64,000 bases of DNA, taken from the NCBI GenBank assembly GCA_951406725.2, contig OX597826.1, forward strand, positions 10,044,001 to 10,108,000. Reading direction: 5' to 3'. The DNA comes from Octopus vulgaris (Eukaryota). Shown in pieces: positions 12,719 to 25,859 of the stretch (the first letter of the stretch is position 1; every line of letters starts with the position of its first letter). Below the pieces are notes generated by a model that was given only the letters and a program-made list of their open reading frames with translations, ran no database searches and was not told the DNA's origin. The translations under genes were made by a program, and so were the position numbers.

Positions 12719-14230
12719 TATATGGCTGTAAATGAGCATGATCAGCATACAAGTGATGTTCATTTCCAGTCTTCCACAAAAAACATGCCTGGTCAAGGAG
12801 AAATATTATTTTGCTTGCAAAGCCAGTGAGTATTGGTGTGAGGAAGGACATCCAGCTGTTGGAAATTTGTCTCAATGAATTTCTGTCTAACCCATGCAAG
12901 CATGGAAAAGTGGATGTTAAAATGATGATGATGTGACAATGATAAGTGTGTGTGTGTGTGTGTATGAGAGAGAGAAGGAGGGAGAGAGGGAAGGAGAGCG
13001 AGAGATTGTGTGTGTCAACATCATACAGTCAGTGACATTTTGTTTCCAGTCTTCTGTGAAGACATGTCCAGCCAGGATGAAATGATATCATGTTGCTTGG
13101 AAACAAGTAAGGGTTGACAATAAGAAAGGCATCGGACCATAGAAAATAAATTAAACTCCAATGAATTGTGTGGGATTCATGCAAGCATAGGAAAATGGAT
13201 GTTAAAATGATGAAAATGAAGATGAGGGTATATATAGGATGGCCTTCTGAGTGTATCCATGTTTCCATCTACCAAATCCACTCACAAGGGTTGGCCCTGG
13301 ACTATGGTGGATGACTGTTGCCTTAGTTGCTGTGGATTGGATATACAATAGGGTGTTGAAAAGTTCCTGGTTTTAAGGGTACCGCAAAATACATGGTTGG
13401 TGGCCCAACCTTTCGAGTTCTTTTACAGGGTTTAAAGAAACTGAAGGACCACTGCAATAAGTGTGTGAATCTGAGAGGGGGAATATATGTTGAATAGAAT
13501 CATGATTAACTGATCCTCCTGTATTTTCTTTCACCTAAAGGCAGAAACTAAAGTCATTTGACTGTGGTCATGCCAGAGCACCGCCTTTAGTCGAGCAAAT
13601 CAACCCCAGGACTTATTCTTTGTAAGTCTAGTACTTATTCTATCGGTCTCTTTTGCCGAACCACTAAGTTACAGGGATGTAAACACACCAGCATCGGTTA
13701 TCAAGCGATGTTGTGGGGCAAACACAGACACACAAACATATACACATACACACATATATATATACATATATACGACAGGCTTCTTTCAGTTTCTGTCCAC
13801 CAAATCCACCCACAAGGCTTTGGTCAGCCCGAGGCTTATAGTAGAAGACACATGCCCAAGGTGCCACGCAGTGGGAATGAACCCGGAACCATGTGGTTGG
13901 TAAGCAAGCTACTTACCACACAGCCACTCTTGCGCATGTATATATGTATGTTTGTATGTATGTGTACATATGTATAAGTGTGAAGACCAGTCCCTCTAGT
14001 GGTGAAAAGCACTTGTGGTGGTGTCACATGAAAGTACCTGTGCAGTGTCGTATAGAAGCACGGACCATACCCTGTAAAGTGGTTGGTGTTAGGAAGGGTG
14101 TCCAGGAGGAGCATGCAAAATCAGACTGGAATCTGGTGTAGTTCCCCAGCTTGCCAGCTCTGGTCAAACTGTCCAACCCATGCCAGTATGGACAATGTAC
14201 ATTAAATGATGTTGATAATGATGTGTGTAT

Positions 14231-14281
<51 letters not shown>

Positions 14282-14868
14282 TATATATATGTATAAATGT
14301 GTCTGTATATATATGTGTGTGTGTGTGTGTATGAACCTCGCCTGTGCAAGTGCCAGGTAAAGAGCATTGAATCCACTCTGCAGAATGGTCAGTGTTAGGA
14401 AGGGTATCCAATTGTAAAAACCCTGCCAAAACAGACATAGTAACATGGAGTAGTCTTCTACATGGCCAGCTCCTGTCAACTGTCCTGTCCATGCATGCAT
14501 GGAAGATGGACATTAAATGATGATGATGATGATGATATATATATATATATATATATACATAGTACAAAGTAAGATAGGGGTTATGAGGGTAACCCACTAT
14601 GGGATATATATATTTGACTTTTTATTAAAATTTTATGTATTGATTAAGTCTTTCCTTGTTTGTTTTGCAAAATAGTGGTTTTGTCTCTAATAATATTATA
14701 TGTATATATATATAATTATAAATAAGGGCAAAAGAAAAAATTTCTATGCCAAGATGCTGAGAAATAGACTTTAAATCGTCAGTCACCACATACGATATAC
14801 ATCACTATAAATACACATCATGTTGAATCGAGGAAAGCAAGCTAACAGAATTTTTAAAAAATGCATTA

Positions 14869-14927
14869 TCTCTGTATCAAATGATTTTGGGATTAATCCA
14901 ACGGATTTTTCCACTCATCAGTAGAGA
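14869..14927 (-). ncRNA. Decayed hammerhead motif
   Basis: tctcta-CTGATGA-g...c-AAAA (GAAA probably lost by CpG decay)-tcatttga-TA-cagaga, inside a TA-flanked insert. Confidence 0.35.
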
Positions 14928-15114
14928 ATATGATAAGAAGTCAATGAAATACTTACAAGCACCCATGAAAAAAAAGCAGAAGCGAGAGTCATGTGTACAC
15001 ATAAGTACCCCAAATATATCTAAATATGAATTCCGTAGCAAGCCTTACTACGGAATTCATATTTAGATATATTTGAGGAAATTTTTTGAAAAAATTTTAT
15101 CCTATATTAGAAGT

Positions 15115-15177
<63 letters not shown>

Positions 15178-15307
15178 TTCAGCAAAAATTTAGATTCAAA
15201 TGAATATGGTACTTAATTTAGATGCACCAGAATTCTGTATGGTGTTATCCATAAAAATCTGTGGGGTGATTATAATCAAAATAAGCAACAAGAATGACTC
15301 CGGTAAT

Positions 15308-15384
15308 TTGGTACGATCGTTTCGTACTACATCATTTTATTAAGTACTACAACAGATTTAAGATGCTGAGTACTCATCAGCCAA
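15308..15384 (-). ncRNA. Minimal type I hammerhead ribozyme (intact core)
   Basis: ttgg-CTGATGA-gtact[loop]agtac-GAAA-C-GATC-G-TA-ccaa. Palindrome ACGATCGT, GUA triplet. Confidence 0.8.
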
Positions 15385-15550
15385 TTATAGAGGTTTTCCA
15401 TTAATACAAAAATTTTCAAATCAAGTGGCAACATTATAGAGAAGGTAGATATATAGACAAAGATGTGGATTTAAATTTTAAGAACATATGATGTAGTGGA
15501 CAAGGTATAGATAATGGTTATTACATATTTTTCTTTTATGAGAGTAAATT

Positions 15551-15657
15551 TGGCCTACAGCTGTTTCCTCTAATCATTCTAGGTATGTTACTGATAGGTT
15601 TACTCAGTTGGTCTATTGATCACCTGAGAAAAATGAATGCTGCTTTCGTCAGAGCCA
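15551..15657 (-). ncRNA. Second hammerhead-like motif in the 15.2-15.9 kb element
   Basis: tggct-CTGACGA...GAAA-C-AGCT-G-TA-ggcca. Palindrome ACAGCTGT; stem II poorly paired. Confidence 0.5.
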
Positions 15658-15923
15658 TTTCTGGTTGTAACAAAGCAAACCGTTATTTATACTTTGTTTT
15701 ATCTATCACTCTGTGTAAAAACCAGTTTGACTGGAGCTTAATCATGGATCTACAATATAGAAACTGTGATGAACCATAACCTTGGACCCTGGCATAAAAA
15801 TACTTGAAGTTCTTCAGTAATCTAAACATAACTGTTAGCCTGGTTTGCCAACAGAGAGCTTATGAAGTGTTTTGCCCGGATTGATAATCCCTCACTATTA
15901 GCTCTGTTATATATGTATATATA

Positions 15924-17358
15924 TCATCATCATCATCATCATCATCATTTAACGTCCGCTTTCCATGCTAGCATGGTTTGGACGGTTCAACTGGGGTCTG
16001 GCAAGCCCGAAGGCTGCACCAGGCCAGTCAGATATGGCAGTGTTTCTACAGCTGGATGCCCTTCCTAACGCCAACCACTCCGAGAGTGTAGTGGGTGATT
16101 TTATGTGCCACCGACACAGGTGCCAGACGAGGCTGGCAAACGGCCACGCTCGGATGGTGTTTTTTATGTGCCACCGACACAGGTGCCAGATGAGGCTGGC
16201 CGGATGGTGTTTTTATGTGCCACCGACACAGGTGCCAGATGAGGCTGGCAAACGGCCACGATCGGATGGTGCTTGTTACGTGCCCACAGCACGGAGGCCA
16301 GTCGATGCGGTACTGGCTACGGCCACGTTCGGATGGTTTTCTTGTGTGCCACGTGCCACCGGCACTGGTACCACAAAGATACAAATTCCATTGATGTTCA
16401 TCTATTTTGATTTGTTTTGATTTTCACTTGCCTCAACAGGTCTTCACAAGTGTCACAAGAAGGAAGGTATGCACAGGTGGACTGACTACGTCCCAGGTAG
16501 GGGCCATGGGTTATGGCCTGACTAGTCTTGCCGGGTCTTCGGATGGTGTTTTTATGTGCCACCGACACAGGTGCTAGATGAGGCTGGCGAACGGCCATGA
16601 TCGGATGGTGTTTGTCATGTGCCCACCGCACTGACTACAGCACTGATGGATTTCTTTGTGTGCCACAGGCACTGGATTCACTTGCCTCAACCACAAGATA
16701 CAAATTCCATTGATGTTCATCTATTTTGTCTATTTTGATTTGATTTGATTTGATTTTCACTTGCCTCAACCGGTCTTCACAAGTGTCACAAGAAGGAAGG
16801 TATGCACAGATGGACTGACTAGTCTTGCCGGGTCTTCGGAAGGTGTTTTTATGTGCCACCGACACAGGTGCCAGATGAGGCTGGCGAACGGCCATGATCG
16901 GATGGTGTTTGTTACGTGCCCACAGCACGGAGGCCGGTCGATGCGGAACTGGCTACGGCCACGTTCGGATGGTTCTCTTGTGTGCCACCGGCACTGGTAC
17001 CACAAAGATACAGATTCCATTGATGTTCATCTATTTTGATTTGTTTTGATTTTGATTTTCACTTGCCTCAACAGGTCTTCACAAGTGTCACAAGAAGGAA
17101 GGTATGCACAGGTGGACTGACTACGTCCCAGGTAGGGGCCATGGGTTATGGCCTGACTAGTCTTGCCGGGTCTTCGGATGGTGTTTTTATGTGCCACCGA
17201 CACAGGTGCTAGATGAGGCTGGCGAACGGCCACGATCGGATGGTGTTTGTCATGTGCACACAGCATGGAGGCCAGTCGATGCGGTACTGGCTACGGCCAC
17301 TTTCGGATGGTTTTCTCTTGTGTGCCACCGGCACTGGTACCACAAAGATACAAATTCC
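15924..17358 (-). mobile_element. Internally duplicated RTE 3' UTR array
   Basis: (CAT)n tail followed by repeated cggatggtgtttttatgtgccaccgacacaggtgccagatgaggctggc modules and larger duplications. Shorter tails at 4328, 21575, 37380, 49130, 51363, 52520, 56190 and 59455. Confidence 0.75.
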
Positions 17359-17394
<36 letters not shown>

Positions 17395-17396
17395 AT

Positions 17397-17570
17397 GTAT
17401 ATGAATAAATGAAAGAATGGAGTCGAACGAAGATGTTAACAAAATTCCTTTACTCTCGACATATGTTTCGAAGACAGAATGAAAACATGCTGTCTTCGAA
17501 ACATATGTCGAGAGTAAAGGAATTTTGTTAACATCTTCGTTCGACTCCATTCTTTCATTTATTCATATAC
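17397..17570. repeat. Perfect ~81 bp inverted repeat with 12 nt spacer
   Basis: Arms 17397-17477 and 17490-17570; contains GAAACATATGTC. Confidence 0.9.
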
Positions 17571-19329
17571 AACACACAAATTTCTGCACATGAACCCGGA
17601 GTTTCTACCCTTGACAGGTCGCTTCAACCGTGTTTTCTGACGTGAATTTGCTACCCAGGTTTCGGTTAAACGAATTTTCCATGCTGACGATAAACATAGG
17701 ATAATTCATTCACCTGCTTAAATATATATGTATGTATGTATAATTTTATCCCCTTCATACATATGTTGATGATTTATAGTATCAGTTACAATATTATGTA
17801 GAAATCCTGGAGGCTTTATCCTCACTCAGTGGCGTTGCATGTAACAAAACCATTCACAAGACTTTACCATGAGTTGAGGTAAAGGTGGAAGACACTTCCT
17901 TATTCAAGGAATAATATAATAGAATTGAATGTGGTTCCTCACTGCTTAACCATTCAGCCATGCAAGCTTCTATATGCATGGATACGCACACAAACATTAG
18001 CACAGAAGTGAGTGAGAGAGAGAGAGAAGGGGAGAGATGGAGAGAGAGAGTGAGGGGGAGTGAGAGAGGAAGAGAGATGGGTAGAGAGAGAGGTGGGGGA
18101 GAAAGAATAAAAGACAAATAGCTGAAAGAATTCCAGGATTCTGTTAAATTTCTTCCAACCACTTTAAGTTTTGTCAAATTGTCACCAGATTATTTTAAAA
18201 ATCTGTATGCTTGTTTTTGTTTATGACCCCCACTACTACTTGACAACCAATGTTGGTTTGTTTACATTCCTGCGAATCGGCAACAGTTACTGATGGAATA
18301 TGCAGCAGGCTTAAAATTAAAAAAAAAAAAAAAGTACTGAGGTTGATTCATTCTACTCAAAAAATTTTCAAGACGTTGCTCCAGCATGGCAACTATCCCA
18401 ATACAAATTTTAAAAAATAAAAAAAAAAGTTTCAAGCAGAAAAATTCAACCTATTCTACTTTACAAGCGAAGCTGTGTGGTCAGAAGTTTGCTTCTCGAT
18501 CCGATGGTTTTTGAGTACAGTGTCACTGCATAACATCGTGGGTATGTCTTCTTCACAGCCCCAGTCCGTGAGTGGAGTTGGTTTTGTGGAAGCTCAAAGA
18601 AGCCCGTCGTATATATATATATATATCACGTGACCAACAGATGTTGCTACACATCGCTGGTCACAATGCGCTTCGCATTGTTTTAGCCTTCGAATGACGC
18701 CACCCCGCTGGCTAAGTGAAGCGAGCAGGCCAACAGAAGAAAGAGTGGGAGAAAGAGCGGTGAAAGAGTACAGCAGGGATCGCCACCCCCTGCCGGAGCT
18801 TTTAGGTGTTTTCGCTCAATAAACACTCACAACGAAACCGCGATCCTGCGACCGCAAGTCCGTTGCCCTTACCACTAGGCCATTGCGCCTCCACCGTATA
18901 TATCGCTAAGTTACAGGGACGTAAACAAACCAAGCAGTGACAAGCACACACAAATATGTATATATATACGACGCTAATGTATATATATACATATATACAT
19001 ATTTGTGTGTGCTTGTCACTGCTTGGTTTGTTTACGTCCCTGTAACTTAGCGATTCAGCAAAAGACACCGATCGAATAGTTATTGTGCCAATTTTTTGAA
19101 AGAAAAACCAAACCCAAAGTACCGGATCAATTCATTCGACTAAAACCCCTCCAAGGCGATGCCCCCCACCCCACCCAGCATTGTCCGCAGTCCATCGACT
19201 GAAACAAGTACCCGATACTCCCCGCCGTCCCCTTCCTACCACCGTCTCCTTCACCACCACCACCACCACCACCGTCTCCTTCACCACCACCACCACCACC
19301 GCCGCCGCCGTAAACTAATTTATTCTCCT

Positions 19330-19680
19330 CCTCCGGGATCTCTTGTAACAATAACAGATAAGATTCTTGACGACGACGCATGCGCACTGCGACCACTTGT
19401 GTATGAGCGGCATTTATGTTTTGACTGCGGTAAGTTGGACAAGATTTCTTTTTACCGAAATATAAAGCAATCCTTTGAGCGGTTCCTTCTTCTTAATTGT
19501 CCCTGTAATTTCACCTGGACACACCTTACTTTCGTCCCCGTCTCATGTCTTTGTTTGATTGCGTAAAACGTTGCAGAGTTAAAAGGAAAAACAAAAATAT
19601 TTAACGACCGGCCGAGAAAATGGTTTTTCTGTTTCCGTTTCGGTCTCACACGTCATTTGTTTTGAAGATCGCTTAAGTTT
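19330..19680. promoter_or_regulatory. Candidate promoter / first exon
   Basis: Unique CpG-retaining sequence, NRF1-like CGCATGCGCA at 19377-19386, donor GTAAGT at 19430. Confidence 0.45.
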
Positions 19681-22600
19681 CCCTTTTTCCAAACACTTAT
19701 ACAGGTCTCACAGAAACAAACCCATATATCTGTTCATCCTTTATATATATATATATATTCTGACAATAGAATACGAAAGACGGAAGTTAGGTTTGGGGGG
19801 ATTTAAACACCTCCAGGTACACATCAACGGGTGTATGGGTATGTCTGCAAATATTACCGCATCCTTGAGTGTATACATTGTGTATTAGTGTATAAGAGTG
19901 TACATATGTGGCCTTTCTATGTGTTTGTATATCGAATACCTCATGTTTTAAACTCTATCACGAACATAAAACAAGGTGTATGTACACAGATTTAGTGTTA
20001 TGTATCTTTGACTATTAGAGTACATATAACCTTATCTCTCTCTCAATATATTTACACACACATACACACGTATGTATATAAGTACGTGTGTGTATACATA
20101 TAGTATATATGTACAGAAAAAAGTCGCTTGGAAGATCGCCATGGCAGCTTAAGTTAGTTGTTGACAAACAAACCGCAAATGGAACCCTTCTGTCGCCAAA
20201 GGCTGATTTGGTTATTCCCGTCCTAATCATGCGAAGAATACAGGTTTAGGAACGAAATGCTTCTCACCCTAGGGTACCTAGTGAAGATGTAGGATTCTCA
20301 ACTATGCAAATGGTTTAGTCGTGTTCGAGAGAAAGAACTTGCAACATCTTTAACTCAGCATCTAAACAGACCATATCTAGCTCAGATATTCTACCTGTTT
20401 TTATGTTCATACCGGCCAGATCTTGCTCCTCACACCTACCCACTCTTCTAAAAAAATAAGCAATCACATCGAAATTTCGAAGTTATGAGGTAATCCATGA
20501 TTAATTCGAAACAGTGTGAATAAATAAGCATCATATTTGACAGATTACTCTGACTGCTAAAGAGTTATGTAACTCCTGCAGTTTCTGCCTAGGGAAAAGC
20601 CTCTTTGATGCTTATTTCACCGGCCAAAATAAAGAATACGCCCCCCTCCCGTTTTCGGCGTAACCCTAGCCCCCGGGTGTTGCATATTCTTTACTTTCGC
20701 CTATTTCACCAATACTGTATGTGTATATTTGTATGCATGCTGGCATATATGTTTGTGTGTGTGTGCATATATGTATATTTGTGTTGTTGTGTGTATATAT
20801 ATATATGTGTGTGTGTGTGCATATATACACACACACATATGTATGTATATATGGATACAGGACATCATATCATTGGTCGGTTTATATATCACCCACTCTT
20901 GATATCAACAGCTCCTGTATATTATATGGCTAAATGAGTAACTGCCATGTCTTTTGTTTAAAAGTGGCCAACAAGGTTTAGTTACCGAAACATCTCGATG
21001 TTCCTGGAGGAAACTTGGGGTAAATATTCCACAGTTTGTTAAATTTCATGTGATATAATTGAGGCTCGTTATTCCTGTTTGTTTAATTAACAAAGACATA
21101 AAGTCATAGCACATCTTCCTGTCAGGTGCAATTTCAGTAATAAAATATCCTTCCCAGATTGTATTGCCTAGCTTTATGTGCATTCATCAACTATAAATAT
21201 AGGCCGTCCAGTTGTAGAAACACAACACTCCGAAAACAACAGTTAAGTCAATGGAAATTCCTAATTGGTTATACGGGGCTCACATTTATCGTGTTAGTCC
21301 TGTACACAATAGTGGTGTGATGCCAGGTAGGAATGTCTAGCTATATGTGAGAATCCTTCAACATCATTGATCAATTGCATCAACACTCTTATTTTTCCAT
21401 AAACTAGATAGTAAACAACCTATCAGAAATTCTCCTCTCTGTGTACAAAACTTCTAGACTGGCGCCATGAGCGATACATTTGGAGAGACTTTATAGATGT
21501 TAGAACAGAGGCCAGTAGATGTGTTTTGTGTACATGAGGTAGGATGGAGGCCTCAGCCAGGTTCCTTTTCAGCAAGGAATACAGATAGTGTAAGTGTTAC
21601 CGCGTCGCCTTACTAGCACTTGTGCTGGTGGTACGTGAAACATTTGAGTGAGGACGTCGCCAGTGCTGCTGGACTGGCTCCTGTGCAGGTGGCACATAAA
21701 ATGCACCATTTGGACGTGGCCGTTGCCAGTACCACCAAACTGGCCCTCATGCCAGTGGCACGTAAAAGCACCCACTACACTCAGTGTGGTTGGCGTTAGG
21801 AAGGGCATCCAGCTGTAGAAACTCTGCCAGATGAAGTTGGAGTCTGGTTCGCCAGACCTCAGTCAAATCGTCCAACCCATGCTAGCATGGAAAGCGGACA
21901 TTAAATGATGATGATGATGATGTTTCAGATAGGTACTGTAGTTGTTGAAGTAGATGTGTCATTGAGAAAGAAATGGATAAAGCAATTTAATTGCTCTGAG
22001 TATGTAATATATTTCTTTACTATCCACAAGGTATGCAATAGGATAATAAAGGTATGTAATAGGATAATAAAGCTTGGGTTAATAACAGTATTGCAACAGC
22101 ATATGCACCAGTTGTCAGTTGACAGATGAGCTAAATGACCGTTTCCATGAAGCTCTCTTGTAACCTACCTCAATAATAGATGACATCAAACTTGCTGGTT
22201 AAAGCTGTCAACTTTAATGGACATGTTGGACTACACCACGATGGGTATTCCAATGTGCACAGAGATTTTGTTAAGGCACATAACTGATGAAGGATGAAAG
22301 CTTTTTGGAATGATGTGATGCAAATGTCTTAGGAATTTGCAACACTAGTTCCAGAAAGCTGGAAATCTGCTCATCCAAATGAGGCATGATGTGCATTCAA
22401 TGACCGTTTTAAGCAACTGTGTTACACATGTAAATTTGAGTATTAAAGTCACCTTCAAGACTGACGAGATGGATGCTGTTGGTGTTCTGCTTAAACTGTT
22501 GCATGTTGATGATTGCAAAATACATGTTTGCTTTTGTTTTTTCCTTCTCGAGCCAAGCCTGGCTCATATAGGGGCCGGTTTCGTTGGCGTATAGGTTCCC

Positions 22601-22859
22601 CACCTGGACGGGACGCTGGGCTGTTGCAGGTGAACTGCAAGATGCAGGAGGAAAAGAGTGAGAGAAAGGTGTGGCGGAAGAGTCAGCAGAAGTTTGCCAT
22701 TACCTTCTGCCGGATCTGCGTTGGAGCTTAGGTGTTTTTGCTCATAAACACACACATCGCCCGGTCTGAGATTCGAACCTGTGATCCCCTGACTGCGAGT
22801 CCACTGCTCTAACCACTAGGCCATGTGCCTCTACGTGTGCTGAGAGAGAATTCCAGAAT

Positions 22860-23520
22860 GCTGACATTTTGAGAAAAAAGTACTGAATGTAGTAGTGGTT
22901 AGTGCAGGGCCTGGTGGGTTGGATACAATATGAGTGAGTAAGGAGAAGAGAGTTCAGTGAATTGAGAGTGCTTGAATGGTAGTGGCTTAAGATCAGCCGG
23001 CTCTGAAGAGCAATCGTCATTGTAGTAGCTGTAGGAAAGACAGAGAGAGAGAGAGGTTGTATCGTATCTGTCGGCCAGTGGTTGGCATATCTCTGTGAGG
23101 GACTTCTTTGTAGTCATTTGAATGGCTTTCTCTGGATATGGTCCACAATGTCTGTGGGTAGCAGCAGCAGCACAGTCTTAGACGTGGGAGTTGTACTCCA
23201 TTGTGGGTCCCTCTTGAGCCTTGGAGAGAGTTAGCTGTTGATAAGGGCTGCAGTATTTTCTGACTCCGAAGAGAAATGCGTCTTTTAAGATGCAGTCTTT
23301 GCTATGTTTAATATGTTTCTCCAGGAGAGATCCTTATTGATAGTGAGGCCTAGCATTCAAAGTGATTGTGAAGATTCTAGTTATGTGTTGCTCATGTGCC
23401 AATGTTTTCTTGGTATGTGCTCTGATTGGCAAAACACATTCAAAGATATTTTTGAGATCACTGCTCATGAAGGCAGTGCAGGTGAGGTGTCTGTGTTACT
23501 CGTGGATGACGACTGGATGT
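22860..23520 (-). mobile_element. Decayed Jockey/CR1-group LINE RT fragment
   Basis: LTLSKAQEGPTMEYNSHV...QPLADR...YSYYNDDCSSE, with stops and frameshifts. Confidence 0.55.
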
Positions 23521-23530
23521 AGAAAATTAG

Positions 23531-23573
<43 letters not shown>

Positions 23574-25859
23574 TACACATACATTTTATATATGTGTGTG
23601 TATATATGTGTATGTATTCTTGTCTAGTTATGTGATGGATGTAAATGAGCATCATTGTCATACAAGAGGGATTGTTTGTGTTCAATCTTCTGTGCAAAGC
23701 ACATTTAGCCATGGGAAGATAGAACCTTGCTTGGAAATAAGTGAGAGTTGGTGATAGGAAGATCATCCAGCTGTTGAAAATGCCATGTGATCTATGCAAG
23801 CAGGGAAAAGTAGTCATTAAATGATGATGATGATGATGAAGGTCTTACAGGTTTTGTGGTGCTAGGTAAGAGTCATCTAGTTTGTTGGAGTAACTGGTGT
23901 CTTTTTAAGTGTTGTAGGGAAGAGGGAGACCCTGGAAGACATGGGAAGACCCTGGAAGACATGGGACAAAGTGCTGAAGGCCAATCTCAAGACACTGAGC
24001 CTTACGAGGGAGATGACTAAGGACTGAGATGTCTGGCATGTTGCTGTGCTCAAGAAGACCCTTCTGCCATGGCAGAAGGTGCTGGTGCCACATAAAAAGT
24101 ACCAAATACACTCTGTGGAGTGGTTGGCATTAGGAAGGGCATCCAGCTGTAGAAACCAAGCCAAAATAGACTGTGGAGCCTGCTGTGGCTCATGGCTTTA
24201 CCAGCTCTGGTCAAGCCATTCACCCCATGCCAGCATGGGAAATGGACATTAAATGATGATGATGATGTCTGAAATGCTGCAATGAAGCTTTGAGTGAGCC
24301 ATTTAGAGGACTTGAACCATAAGTTTTTGTGAAGTGACATGTCAAAAAGCATGGTTTCTGTCACATTCGTAGCTGTTTCTGATGGCTCAAAGCAAAGCAC
24401 ATATACTGGTCATTTCAGCAACTTTGGCGACAGTCTAATTGAGGCATCTTTGTTCTGTTCCCCTCTTCATCTATCCTTTTAGAAGAAAAGCACATGCTCA
24501 AAGCATTAAAGGCTTCTTGCAGTTTTCCTGAGTGTCAACCTAATACACCCTGTTCGTTTTTTTTACTTCTTCATGTTTTTTTAATTTTTGTACCACCTGA
24601 TATGGGTGTGTGAGGTTATCTTGTACGTATGTGTATATGAGGCTGTTAAATGTGTGTGAGACCTTATTTTCTGTTTATGTGGAGTTGTGTGTGTGTGATG
24701 CTATTGAGTGCATGTATACTGTGTATGTATGTGTTTGTGTTTTGTGTGTATAAGAGATGACTTGGAGCTTGAGCCAGTGGTCAATGTTAAAAATCAAAGT
24801 TATGGAAATGAATCCGGTTACGTTATGTGACTGTATCCTCTTTTCCTTCCTCCGAAAAGAATGAAGTGAGATGTCCCCAATGCAGGACACAATGTATGTG
24901 CATGCGTGCGTGTGTGTGTGTTTGTGCATGAGTTCATATTTCTTCTTTGTCTCTCCGTGTGTTCACTGACTGTAAACAAAACAACAGCCTCACTATCTGA
25001 TACAGGCGGGGTTGTATGCTTGCAGTCAACCGCAGAAAAAGCATGTCCTTGCTCTTTGACATGTCTTGGCCTGCTGTCTGATCTTTTTAAACAAAAAAAG
25101 GCTCATCAATATGTATGGGCTGTTTATTGGGATTATTACTTTGATTGATAACAGGGAGGGTTGGAAAATGGAAAGCTATCCAACTGGAACATCTCCTTCA
25201 GCGAATTCCATTTGAGTTATGCAAGCTGGGGAAAAAGGGATGGTAAATGATGTATACACTCTTACAGAGTTAATAACTCTTTAGTTCTTTATTCGAAATT
25301 CCTTGAATCCTAAATATTTTCAAGGGTGCTGCTGCTATGTAAAAAGCACAGTGTTGGTGCCACAAACAAAGCACTGGTGTCTTTTAAAACACACTGGTGC
25401 TGCATTGGAAGCACTGGCATCACGTAACAAAAAAGAAAAAAAAACTGGTGCCATTTAAAAAGCACTGGTGTTACCTTAAAAGCACCCAGTACACTCTGTA
25501 AAGTAGTTGAGGAGTATTTGAAGGATCTGGAACCCAACCTAGGGCCCCAGGTCTACGGCGTTCGCCACTGGAATAAGGAGTAGTTGGAGATCACGCAGTC
25601 GTTAGCCTCAAATTGCCAGGCCTGGTCGGCGTTTGTGAGAGACGCAGCATTGAGGATAAATGAAGCCAGCTCAACCCACCCCGGGTGAATGCTGTCAGAA
25701 GAAGAAAGAAAGAAGTAAAGTAGTTGGTGTTTGGAAGGGGATCCAGCTGTAAAAACCAAACTAAAGCAGACTATGGAACCTGGTGTAACCCCTGGCCTTG
25801 CCAGCTCTTGTCAAACTGTCCATCCCATGCCAACATGGAAAATGGACACACAAGCATAT

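Larger units (their letters stand above)
15175..15908 (-). mobile_element. TA-inserted non-coding element with two hammerhead motifs
   Basis: Follows a long (TA)n run; 15273-15500 is repeated at 37112-37350. Confidence 0.6.

Noticed and set aside
16090-17340. Repeat-spacer appearance suggesting a CRISPR array
   Set aside because: Eukaryotic context, the spacers are themselves repeated, and there are no cas genes.
15965-17550. ORFs with LQLDALPNANHS and similar recurring peptides
   Set aside because: Antisense translations of the RTE 3' UTR repeat, not genes.
20928-21004. Hammerhead-like motif (ctaaatga..gaaac); similar cases near 38445 and 62283
   Set aside because: Cores too degenerate to support without a family consensus.
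22284-22305. CTGATGA..GAAA hammerhead-like string
   Set aside because: No stem I or II pairing; chance match.
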